Shown piece after piece: positions 9,730 to 21,499 of a DNA stretch of 54,630 nt. Positions within the stretch are counted from its first letter, which is position 1. Every line of letters begins with the position of its first letter. The stretch is from Prorocentrum cordatum. Taxonomy: Eukaryota. The stretch is taken from NCBI GenBank assembly GCA_963575745.1, contig CAUYUJ010000223.1, positions 62,001 to 116,630 of the forward strand, written 5' to 3'. The notes under the pieces are model-generated. The model was not told where the DNA came from and ran no database searches. It saw nothing but the letters and a program-made list of their open reading frames with translations. The position numbers were made by a program, and so were the translations under genes.

Positions 9730-11675
9730 CAACGAGGGGTGCCGGGCGACGAGGATGAGACCACACCGGAAGTGCCAGGCGGGGGAGGACGTACTGGGCA
9801 AAGATTGCTGAAAGAAAAGAAGGGGCCGTGAAATCTTGGAGATATCGTGGCCCCGCGCATGCTATCCACACATCCCTACTTCTGACCCCCAGCTCTTCGT
9901 CCTGAGTCGTTCTCTGAAAATCCGAAGCCCGTGGAGGGCCCCAGGGGAGAAGATGCGGGAGGACGACGAGGCCTGCGACGGAGCCGGTCCGCCGCCGGGC
10001 ACCCTGCATCGGCCGAACCAGCGCTGCAGCCGCCTGGGGGGCCGAGACGAAGTAATCCTTCTCTCCCAAGCTGTCCGCTCCCTCACCTGGGAATCGACAT
10101 ATCATACAGGCCCGCCGTCTTCCTCATCCCTCCCCTCCTCCGCCTCCACCACCACCTCCTCCTCCCCCGTCTCCTACGATTGTTCTCCTCCTTTCTGGGA
10201 GAGGGGAGGCGGGCAAAGGAGGTGGATCTGCTTTGTTGTGCTCCCCCGATCACCATCTCCATCCTCCACCGTCCCCGTCTTTTTCTTCTTCTCATGCCCT
10301 CGAGGCCCTGACGGGCTGGAGGGCCCCAACACTTCGCTCACGTGCCTCACCACTGCTCCCACCCCTTCTCCCACCGTTCTCGCGTGCCACCGGCCCCTTC
10401 TTGGAAGCCCCCCTCCCCGTCGTCTCCCTTCCCCCCCCCCGCCCCACACGCTCCCCTGCTGCTTCGGCGACGCCCAACCGCAAGCGGACAGCTGGCTCGG
10501 CGGAGCCGCCGAGGCGCCCGAGGGGCGGCCGAGCCTCGGTCCCCATGCCGTCCATCTCAATTCTCGGTCCACGGGGCCTGGACCCCACGGCTTCCCCGGG
10601 GACAAGCTGCTTGTCCCCAGCCGTTTCCTGACGCTCCCTCGGGCCGGAGGCCGAGCACGGCGAGAAAACCTCAGGGCCCCTCTCCTCCCTCAGTGCCCAC
10701 TTTTCCTTACGGCGAACTCTCATAGGGGTCTGGGAGGGTGACCAGGTGCAGATCGGCCGCCGACCCTCAGCCGGTACTGCGGGCGGAGCGGCCACGGCCA
10801 AGCGCCCCCCGCGCGGCTCGGGCCGCACCTCGGGGCTCTCCGCCGAGAGCCACAGACAGCCCGCCGCAGCTGTGGGGCTGTACGCCTGCCCCGCGGCCCG
10901 GCCCTCACAGGCGCAGCACGCGCGGGCTGCACACGAGGCCTGCCCCGAGTTCCCAGCAATGCGCGTCGCCAGCGCCGAGCAGCTCGCAGACGGCTGTCGG
11001 GATGGCGGCCCTCGCCCGCGTCAGAGCGGTCTCCTAAATGCACGGGCCCCGCCATCCATCGGCTTCGCCCTGCGCCGGACACTCATCCTGCCCAGCCGTG
11101 GCCTCGCGCAGCGGCGGGAGCTGCTCAAGGCGTCCACCTTTAGCCCCTTGGATCTGCCGCGCCCCTCGACGACCCAACCGAAGGCTCCGCGCTGTGCAGA
11201 GGACGTGCCTCAAGTCGTGCTGTGCCGAATCTACAAGGTGCGCGGCGACGCTGAGCCCAGCGTCGCGCCGAGGAGGGACCCCGTGGCAGGGCAGTACCGC
11301 CTGGCCAGCGGTCGCTTCATCGGCTGCCTTTCCGCGTCGAGCCGTCCAGCCCACAGATGCGGGCGGCCGCCCAACACTCTCTCTCTCTCTCTTTCTCTCT
11401 CTCCCTCTCCCTGTCCACCACACCCTCTGCCTCAGCCCCCACGAAGACGTCCCCCTCCCCCTCTTCCCCATCAGTCCTTCCCTCGCCTTGCCACCCTCCC
11501 CTCACAGTCTCTCCCTTATCCCCCACTCCCCCTCTCTCTCGACCCCCCCGCCTGCTGCACGGCTTCGGCGGGAAGACCTGCCCCAGATGCGGGGCCAGCA
11601 CCCGATCCAGGAAGTGTTTTCTACGGTTCTACAGCGCCAGCTTCCTCTCCCTCTCTCTCTCTCTCTTTCCTCTCC

Positions 11676-11707
<32 letters not shown>

Positions 11708-12800
11708 TTTTTTTCTCACACGCACTCGCACACGCACACGCACTTCCCCGTCCGAAATCTCCCGTTCCCAGACATCCGACATCGTGCTGCAGGTTCGCAA
11801 CATGGCTTCCCAAAGGTCTGGACCTCTCCCCGGAGACCAACGTTCGTCCTGAGCCTCGTCTTGACGTTGGACCGAAAATGTGCAATAACCTTCCGTCGTG
11901 CTTTTTCATGACGCGAGGACGCCCAGGACCGGCGCACACCCATCCTGAGCGGGAACAGGGCGGGACCCGCTCAAGGAGGATAACATCGGCACGGTCGCCC
12001 ATACATCGCCGACAGATCGGCGATAAAGCCTCCGATGATGAAACTGCACGTTCCTGGGCGGGGTGGGCTATCGGGCCCGTATCGACGATCAGTGGGGTCA
12101 GTGCATCCCACCCCCCTGAGCCAGACCCTTCCCCCCCTACCGTTGCGCCTGAGGTGCCCGCGCCCCCCCCCCGCCCCCCAACCGACCCGTGCCCACCGCG
12201 CGGACGAGGAGTGGCAGGGAGCGCCGGGCGCGACGCGCGGGCGGCGAGTGCCTCTTCCCGGCGAACCTGTGGCACGACGGGCCGCCCGCCGATGAGGCGA
12301 CGAGCTGCCGCGGGGCCGAAGGACGGGTCCGGGGGCCGAGGCGGGCGGCGACGAGGACGGCCCGAGTCTTGAGGGGCAGGGCCCAGCAGGCCCCCCCCCC
12401 ATCGGCCGCACGCCACAGCGTGGCCCTGGGCCAGAGAAGGCCTTTGGCGCGCGGCCTGCCGATCGCTGCACGCGAGGCGACAGTGGCGGCGTGCGCGCTT
12501 GGGTCTGGCACCCCCGCGTCCCCAGAAAGGCGCGCACCAAGGGTCACTGGCTGCCGACCCCATCGTCCCCCCGCTCGGCGGGCAGAGCCTCAGAGGCTGA
12601 GCTCCATGGCGGGGCGCGGCCGGGCGTCACCCCGGCCCCCCGACGGCCCTCCGTCGGCAGGCGCTGGCGGGTCGGCCGAGGCGAGGCGGGACGAGCAGGC
12701 GGAAAGAAGGGGGCGGGAGCAGAACATGAAGGACGGCGACCAGACTGATTGGGGCGACACGCTGGAACGCATGAAATGGAATGATACAGCCATTGCTTAG
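9730..12800 (+). CDS. Possible multi-exon gene of unknown function (short exons, GC/GT donors)
   Basis: Exon-like islands flanked by pyrimidine-rich YAG acceptors and AG|GC or AG|GT donors: 9893-9970 (LFVLSRSLKIRSPWRAPGEKMREDDE), 10071-10109, ~11199-11237, ~11587-11633, ~11772-11815, ~12016-12057, and a terminal exon ~12723-12800 (NMKDGDQTDWGDTLERMKWNDTAIA*). The complete spliced frame was not established. Confidence 0.3.
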
Positions 12801-12949
12801 AAAGCATGTCTAATGCTTTGGCATTGTATATCTCGATTCGGTTGGCCGATGAACTATCTACCACCGTGCCGCTGGGCACGGAGTGGGCATGTCCTCAGGT
12901 CCAGGGCCCAATCCTCTAAGCCCCAATCCTCGCTCCTGAAGAGTCTTCA

Positions 12950-15900
12950 AGAAGCCAGGACCCCAAATTGCCAAATCTTCTTGGGCTTCCCGCGTGCCCC
13001 CTGGGACTTCTCACGAGCTCTCGCGTGACTTGTTCGGAGCCAAGGGGGCCCCAAGGCGGGTCAAGAGGTCTCCAAGAGGCCCCGAGGACGGTCCAAGAGG
13101 GCCCTGGGTCGCCGAACGATAGGCCCCCAAGACGCCCAAGACGGCCCAAAGATGGCCCAAGAGGTCTCCAAGACACCCGAAGAGGCCTCCAAGAGACCTC
13201 CCGAGAGGGCCCCAAGAAGCAAAAAACATGCACTAGGTTTGTGAAGAATTTGGGCATTCTCGCCTTTTCGGCTCCCCGACACTCCACGACGGCCCACGAG
13301 GCTCCCAAGATCGCCCCAAGCCGGCCCAAAAGGCCCCCACGAGGCCCCACCCAAGAGGCCCCCAAACTGCTCCCAAGAGGCCCACGATTGCGCTCCGAAG
13401 AGACCCGAAGAAGCATCCCTGTGAACTCTGACCCACAACCCAAGCGCGGTGGCGGGATGAGCCGAAGGCTATTAGATCCGCCGCCCCCTTTTGATTTATC
13501 AAAGGGGTGCCTGGCGTGTTAAACCATCTCGGTGGTGGTTTTGGTTCTTTTTTCCAAAAGAACTCCCCCTGGGGCGTCGGCCCGTCCCGCCGGCCACCCG
13601 GAAAGGCGCTCAATCTGGAACAAAAATCTTCCAAGATGGCTCACGATGGCGCCAAGATGGCCACGTTGGCCCAAGATGGCCGCCAAGATTGTCCAAGATG
13701 GCCTCCAAGTCCGCCCAAGATGGTCCAAGACGGCCTCCAAGACGGTCCAAGAGAGTCCAAGATACCTCCAAGTTCGCCCAAGAGACCTCCAAGACGGCCC
13801 AAGACGACCCAAGAGGCCTCCAAGAGGTCCTCAAGGAGGGCCCGAAGAAGCCAAAATTATGTGTTGTATCAAGGTGTTTGAAGGATTTTGACATTTGCTT
13901 ATTTTCGGCCTTACGACGGCCCGAGACGGCCCAAGAGGCCCCCAAGATCGCCCCAAGATCGTACAAGAGGCCTCCAAGATGGCCCCATGACGGCCCAAGA
14001 GCCCCCCAAGACGGCCCCAACAGGGCCCCAAGATGGGCCAAGAGACTTCCAAGACGCCCAGGATGGCCTCCAAGATGGCCCCGAAGCGCCCCGAGAGGAC
14101 CCCAAGTCAGTTCAGAGAGGCTCCCAAGACTGCCCCCGACGGCGCCAGACGGGCCAAGAACCTACCAAGATGGCCGAAGTTGGCTCGAAGCTGGCCCAAG
14201 ACGGCCCAAGAGGCCTCCAAGGGGGCCTCCAGGGACCCGAAAAGGCCAAAAACACTGATTGTCCTTTGGTTTTTGACGGAGTTTGACATTTGCTTCTTTT
14301 CTGCCTTCCGACGGCCTGAGACGGCCCAAGAGCCCCCGAAGACCGCCGAAAGATCGCCCAAAAGGCCTCCAAGACAGCCCCAGAACGGCCCAAGAGGGTC
14401 CCAAGACGGCCCCAAGAGGCTACCCAGACGTCATAGGAGGCCTTTAAGACGCCCAAGATGGCCTCCAAGACGGCCCTGGAGCATTCCAAGAGGGCCCCAA
14501 GTCGGCCCAGAGCGGCCCCCCAAACAGCTTCCGACGGCGTCAGACGGGCCAGGAGCCCACCAAGACGGCCGAACATTGTCCTAAGATGGCCCAAGACGGC
14601 CCAAGAGGCCTCCAAGAGGGCCTCCAGGAAGGCCCGAAAAAGGCAAAATCATTGATTTCCCATTAGTTTTTGAAGGATTGTGGCATTTGCTTGTTTTCGG
14701 CCTTCCGACGGCCCGAGACGGCCCAAGCGCCTCCAAAGATCGCCCAAGACGCCCAAGACGACCCCAAGAGGCCCCCAAGACGGCCCCAAGAGGCCCCCAA
14801 GACGGCCCAAGAGGCCTCCAAGACGCTCAAGATGGCCTCCAAGACGGCCCAAGAGCCCTCCAAGACGTCCTCCAAGAAGGCCCGAAAGGGTCAAAATGGC
14901 CTCCAGACGGCCAAGATGACCTTCAAGATGCCCACGTGTTCCCCGAAGGCTTTCCAAACCGATTCGGGGAACACATGGTCCGATAGCTTGGCAGGTCTGG
15001 CCTCAACGTTCGGCCACATAGGCGCTTCCAAAAAGGCAGGGGGCGGCGGTGATTCGCCGTAGGCGTCTTAGATCCTCCGCCCCCTGTCGATTCATCGCAG
15101 GGGTGCCTGGCGTGCCAAATTATATGGGTTTTGGTTTTGGTTCTATTTCCAAAAGAGCTCCCCCTAGTCGGGGATGGACAGAACCCCCTGTAGTAAAACG
15201 TGGTTTAGTGAAAACGACGTGAGGCCCAAACCTGGCGGGCGCAAGCATGGAAAATAACGGCCACGGCGCCCTCTCGAGAACCCGAAAACGGACAATTCAC
15301 TAATCGACGTGTCACTGTTGGGGGTTCTGTCCACCCCCGACCTAAGGCTCCGGCGCGTCCCGCCGGCCACCCGGAAACTGCACAAGTCAATGCCTGTTCC
15401 GTCCCAAGATGGCCCAAGATGGTTCCAAGACGGCCAAGATAGCCCAGGATGGTCTCCAAAACGTCTCCAAGACTGCCCAAGATGGCCTCCAAGACGGCTA
15501 AGATGGCCCCAAGATGAATCCAAGACGGCCCAAGATGGCCTCAAGATGGTCTACGACGGCCCAAGAGGCCCGTAAGAGGCCTCCAAGACGGCCCCAGAGG
15601 CCTCCAAGAGGTCCTCCAGGAGGGCCCGACTTGAAGGATTTTGGCATTTGCGCTTTTTCAGCTTTCCGACGGCCCAAGACGGCCCAAGAGGCCCCCAAAA
15701 GGGGCCCATGACGGCCCTAGTGGCCTCCAAAAGGGCCCCAAGAGGGCCCCAAGACGGCCATAGAGGCCTCCAACACGCCCAAGGTGGCCTCCAAGACGCC
15801 CAAGATGGCCTCCAAGACGGCCCCGAAGCGCCACAAGAGGGCCCCAAGTCGGCCCAGAAAGGCCCCCAAGACAGCTCCCGACGGCGTCAGACGGGCCAGG

Positions 15901-18900
15901 AACCCACCAAGATGGCCGAAGTTGGCTCGAAGCTGGCCCAAGACGGCCCAAGAGGCCCCCAAGAGGGCCTCCAGGAAGGCCAGAAGAGGCCTAGAACATT
16001 GATTTTCCATGAGTTTTTGACGGAGTTTGACATTTGCTTCTTTCCTGCCTTCCGACTGCCTGAGACGGCCCAAGAGCCCCCGAAGACCGCCGAAAGATCG
16101 CCCAAGAGGCCTCCAAGACAGCCCCAGAACGGCCCAAGAGGGCCCCAAGACGGCCCCAAGAGGCTCCCAAGACGTCACAGGAGGTCTTTAAGATGCTCAA
16201 GATGGCCTCCAAGACGGCCCTGGAGCATTCCAAAAGGGCCCCAAGTCGGCCCATATAGGCCCCCCAAACGGCTTCCGACGGCGTCAGACGGACCAGGAGC
16301 CCACCAAGACGGCCGAACATGGCCCTAAGATGGCCCAAGACGGCCCAAGAGGCCTCCAAGAGGGCCTCCAGGAAGGCCCGAAAAAGGCAAAATCATTGAT
16401 TTCCCATGAGTTTTTGAAGGATTGTGGCATTTGCTTTGTTTTCGGCCTTCCGACGGCCCGAGACGGCCCAAGTGCCCCCAAAGATCGCCCAGGAGGCCCA
16501 AGACACGGCCCCAAGAGGCCCCCAAGACGGCCCAAGAGGTCTCCAAGACGCTCAAGATGGCCTCCAAGACGTCCTCCAAGAAGTAACGAAAGGGTCAAAA
16601 TGGCCTCCACACGGCCAAGATGACCTTCATGATGTCCACGTGTTCCCCGAAGGCTTTCCACACCGATTCGGGGAACACATGATCCGATAGCTTGGCAGGT
16701 CTGGCATCAACGTTCGGCCGCATAGGCGCTTCCAAAAAGGCAGGGGGCGGCGGTGATTCGCCGTAGGCGTCTTAGATCCGCCGCCACCTGTCGATTCATC
16801 GCAGGGGGCCCGGCGTGCTAAATCCTCTCGGTTTTGGTTTTAGTTCTTTTTCCAAAAGAACTCTCCCTGGGGCTTCGGCCCGTCCCGCCGGCCACTTAGA
16901 AAGGACCTCAATTGCGGAGCTTTTCCTCCAAGATGGCGGCCCAAGATGGCGCCAAGATGGCCACGTTGGCCCAAGATGGCCTCCAAGATGGTCCAAGATG
17001 GCCTCCAAGTTCGCCCAAGATGGTCCGAGACGGCCTCCAAGACGGCCCAAGAGAGTTCAAGATGGCCCAAGACGGCCCAAGAGGCCCCCCAGAGGCCTCC
17101 AAGACGGCCCCAGAGGCCTCCAAGAGGTCCTCCAGGAGGGCCCGAAGATGCCCGAATCATTTATTTTCCATTAGTTTTTGAAGGATTGTGGCATTCGCTT
17201 CTTCTCGGTTTTCCGACGACCCAAGAAGGCCCAAGAGGCCCCCAAGATCGCCCCTACAGCGCCCAAGAGGCCTCCAAGATGGCCTCAGGACTGCCCAAGA
17301 GGCCCCAAAGAACGGCCCCAAGAGGGCACAAAGACGACCCGAGAGGCCTCCAAGACGCCCAAGATGGCCTCTAAGACGGCCCTGGAGCACCCCAACATGG
17401 CCGAAGTTGGCTCGAAGCTGGCCCAAGAGGCCTCCAAGAGGGCCTCCAGGAAGGCCAGACAACGCCAAAAAACACAGGTTGTCCCTTAATTGTTGGAGGG
17501 ATTGTGGCATTTGCTTGTTCCGGCCTTCCGACGGCCCGATACGGCCCCAGAGCCACCAAAAAGCCCCCAAAGATCGCCCAAGAGGCCTCCAAGACAGCCC
17601 CAGAACGGCCCCAAGAGGCACCCAAGACGGCCCAGGAGGCTTTTAAGACGCCCAAGATGGCCTCCAAGACGGCCCTGGACTATTCCAAGAGGGCCCCAAG
17701 TCGGCCCATATAGGCCCCCCAAACGGCTTCCGACGGCGTCAGACGGGCCAGGGGCCCACCAAGTGTTGAACATGGCCCTAAGATGGCCCAGGACGGCCCA
17801 AGAGGCCTCCAAGAGGGCCTCCAGGAAGGCCCGAAAAGCCGAAATCATTGATTTCCCATGAGTGTTTGAAGGATTATGGTATTTGCTGTTTTCCGGCCTT
17901 CCGACTGCCCGAAACTGCCCAAATGCCCACAAAAATCGCCCAAGAGGCCCACCACGGCCCCAAGATTCCCCCAAGACGGCCCAAGAGGCCTCCAAGACGC
18001 TCAAGATGGCCTCCAAGACGGCCCAATAGCCCGAGAAGGCCCGAAAGGGTCAAAATGGCCTCCACACGGCCAAGATGACCTTCAAGATGCCCACGTGTTC
18101 CCCGAAGGCTGTCCAAGCCGATTCGGGGAACACATGGTCCGATAGCTTGGCAGGTCTGGCCTCAACGTTCGGCCACATAGGCGCTTCCAAAAAGGCAGGA
18201 GGCGGCGGTGATTCGCCGTAGGCGTCTTCGATCCGGCGCCCCCTGTCAATTCATCGCAGGGGTGCCTGGCGCGCTAGACCCGTTCGGTTTTGGTTAGGCT
18301 TCTTTTTCCATCGGCCCGTCCCGCCGGCCCCCCCCCCTGAAAGGAGCACAATTGCGCAACTGTTCCTCCAAGACGGCTCAAGATGGCATCCATGATGGCC
18401 ACGTTGGCCCAAGATGGCCTCCAAGATGGCCTCCAAGTCCGCCCAAGAGAGGAGGAGATACCTCCAAGTCCGCCCAAGAAACCTCCAAGACGGCCCAAGA
18501 CGGCCCAAGCGGTGCCCAAGAGGCCTCCAAGACGGCCCAAGAGGCCTCCAAGAGGTCCTCCAGGAGGGCCCGAAGAGGCCCGAATCATTGATGTTCCTTA
18601 GGTTTTTGAAGGATTTTCGTATTGGCTCCTTTTCGGCTTTCCGACGACCCAAGACGGCCCAAGAGGCCCCCAAAATCGCCCCCACAGCGCCCGCGAGGCC
18701 TCCAAGATGGCCTCAGGACAGCCCAAGAGGCCCCAAGACGGCCCCAAGAGGGCACAAAGACGACCCGAGAGGCCTCCAAGACGCCCGAGATGGTCTGTAA
18801 GACTGCCCTGGAGCACCCCAAGAAGGCCCCATGTCGGCCCAGAGAGGCCCCCCAAACGGCTTCCGACGGCGTCAGACGGCCAGGAGCCCACCAAGATGGC

Positions 18901-19485
18901 CGAAGTTGGCTCGAAGCTGGCCCAAGACGGCCCAAGAGGCCCCCAAGAGGGCCTCCAGGAAGGCCAGAAAAGGCCAAAAACATGTATGTTCCTTAGGTTT
19001 CTGATGTTGACATTTGCTTCTTTTCGGCCTTCCGACTGCCCGAGACGGCCCAAGAGCACCCGAAGACCGCCCAAGAGGCCTCCAAGATGGCCCCAGAACG
19101 TCCCAAGAGGCCCCCAACACAGCCCCAAGAGGCCCGCAAGACGGTCCAGGAGGTTTTTAAGACACCCAAGATGGCCTCCAAGACGGCCCTGGAGCATTCC
19201 GAGAGGGCCCCAAGTCGGCCCATATAGGCCCCCCAAACGGTTTCCGACAGCGTCGGACGGGCCAGGAGCCCACCAAAGCGGCCGAAGATGGCCCTACGAT
19301 GGCCCAGGACTGTCTCAGAGGCCTCCAAGTGGGCCTCCAGGAAGGCCCGAAAAGGCCAAAATCATTGATTTCCCATGGGTGTTTGAAGGAATGTGGCATT
19401 TGCTGGTTTCGGGCCTTCCGACGGCCCGAGACGGCCCAAGTGCCCCCAAATATCGCCCAAGAGGCCCAAGACGGCCCCAAGAGGG
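12950..19485. repeat. Hierarchical CCAAGA-core satellite / tandem element array
   Basis: Hundreds of 10-11 bp GGCCCAAGA/CCTCCAAGA monomers; an AT-richer spacer (cattgatttccc..tttgaaggat..ggcatttgc..ttttcggccttccgac) recurring about every 0.35-0.4 kb; higher-order units of ~1.5-1.7 kb. The many ORFs here are repeat artefacts. Confidence 0.95.
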
Positions 19486-19759
19486 AGGGCGCGCCGATGG
19501 ATAACCCCAAGGGGGGGGAGGGGTTCCCCCCCCTTTTCCCCGATCCGTCGTCGGGGACCCCCCCCCTCCCCACCTTTCCTGATCCGTCGTCGGGGACCCC
19601 CGCCCTTTTCCGGTCCGTCGTCGGGGACCCCCCCCCTCTCCCCCTTTCCAAAGGGAGGGGGGGGGTCCGACCCCCCCCTCCTCCCCCTTTAGGCCGCCAA
19701 ATTCGAACCCCCCTCTCGCCCCCCCTTTCGCCACGGCGCCCCCAGGCTCCAGAACCCGA

Positions 19760-19845
19760 CCCCTACCACCCCTAACACTAACCCTCACCCTTACCCTAAC
19801 CCCTAACCCTAATCCTAACCTCAAACCCAAACCCTAACCCAAAGC
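19760..19845. repeat. Degenerate (CCCTAA)n telomere-like interstitial repeat
   Basis: ccctaacactaaccctcacccttaccctaacccctaaccctaatcctaacc. Confidence 0.7.
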
Positions 19846-20935
19846 AGTACTCACTACTCATTACGCACTAGTCACTACCCACAATTCACTACCCGCTACT
19901 CACTACTCACTTCCCGCTACTCACTACTCACTACTTACGATTCACTACTCACTACGCACTACTCACTACTCCCTACTCACTTCTCACTACTCACTACAAA
20001 CTACTCAACACTCACTACCCCTACGCAATACTCACTAAACCAACTCACGACCCACTACTCACGAATCTCAAATCACTACCCACCAACCATTATCCACTAT
20101 CCATTACTCACCACTCAAACTTCACTACTCACGACCCACTTCCCACAATGCACGACTCACTATCCACTACTCCCTACTCTATACGCGCTACTCCCTACAC
20201 AGTACTCACTACTCACTACTCACTACTCGCTTCTCCCTACGCCCTACTCGCTACCCAATACGCACTATTCACTACCCACTACTCACTACTCACTACGCTC
20301 CCACTACTGCCTACTCACTACTACCTATTCCATACTCACTACTCCCAACTCACTACTCACTACTCACTATTCCCTACTCACTACTCACAACTCACTACTC
20401 TCTACTTCCTACTCGCTACGCACTACTCCCTGCTCACTACTGACTAGTGACTCCTGACTATTCCCTCATCACTACGCACTACTCACAACGGCCTACTCGC
20501 TAGTCACTACTCACTACTGGCTACTCCCTACTCGCTACTCCCTGCTCACTATCCGCAACTCGCTACTCACCACTCACTACCCACTACTCTGTACTCACTG
20601 CGCACTACTCACTACTGACTACCCACTCCTCGCTATTCGCTACTGCCTACACCCTCATCCCTAGACCCTGCTTGCTACTTACTATGTACTACTCACTACA
20701 CACTACTCACTCCTCCCTACTCACTACCCACAATTCCTTGCTCACTACTTCCTTCCCGCTACTTACTACCCACCACTCACTACTCACAACCCGCTAATCT
20801 GTACGCGCGACTCTACCACTACCCATTGCCCACTACTCAATACTTAGCACTCACGACTCACTGCGCGCTACTCACTATCAAATGCCACCTACTCACCACT
20901 CGCTACTCAAAACACTATACTCCCCACTCACTACC
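19846..20935. repeat. (CTACTCA)n heptamer microsatellite
   Basis: About 1.1 kb of degenerate ctactca units. Confidence 0.95.
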
Positions 20936-21499
20936 CGAGGGGCCCCTTCCCCGGCCCCTTGTTCGGCGCTAAGGAGGGGAGGGGGGAGGGGGGGGGGTCG
21001 AACACCCCCTCCTTTCCAGCGCCAAGGGGGGAGGGGGGGGGGGTCGAAAATCCCCACCCCCTTTGAAGAGGGGAAAGGGGGGGGGGTCTGCGAGCACGCC
21101 CCCCTCGGGTGCATTCAGGGCCATCCACTGGCGCGCTTTCCAAGCCAATATCCTGCTCCGTTGTGCCGCAGCAACGATAGCCCCAGCAGTAGGGGGCGAG
21201 CCATCTCAAGGAGCGTTTTGGCACCGATGACAAATCGCACACCTCGCGCCGAGGTGCAATCAGATCTGGGCGGCCGGCCGCTTTGAGCCAAGCAGCCGCG
21301 GATCCACGCTCGCCCCCACTCACAGGCAACGCCCGCCTCACTTTAGCCTGGGGGGGGGGGGGGGCGAGGCGTGATACCGCCGCCTCTACACAGCAGATAC
21401 AGCAGCGACCATCTACAGAGGGGCAGCAAAAGGGCGGGGCCGCAGGGAAGGTGGATCCGCACGCAAGTTGCCTTGCCTGTGCTATTCTGTACATGCAGA

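Noticed and set aside
13446..13490. Hammerhead ribozyme (GATGAGCCGAAGGC resembles part of the core)
   Set aside because: The CUGANGA and GAAA core elements are incomplete, and the other three copies lack the resemblance.
12916..19830. Dozens of overlapping ORFs rich in PRRPKR or LGPSWA
   Set aside because: They are translations of the CCAAGA satellite in all frames, with no domain content.
19760..19845. True chromosome end
   Set aside because: Short, degenerate and internal, with ordinary sequence on both sides.
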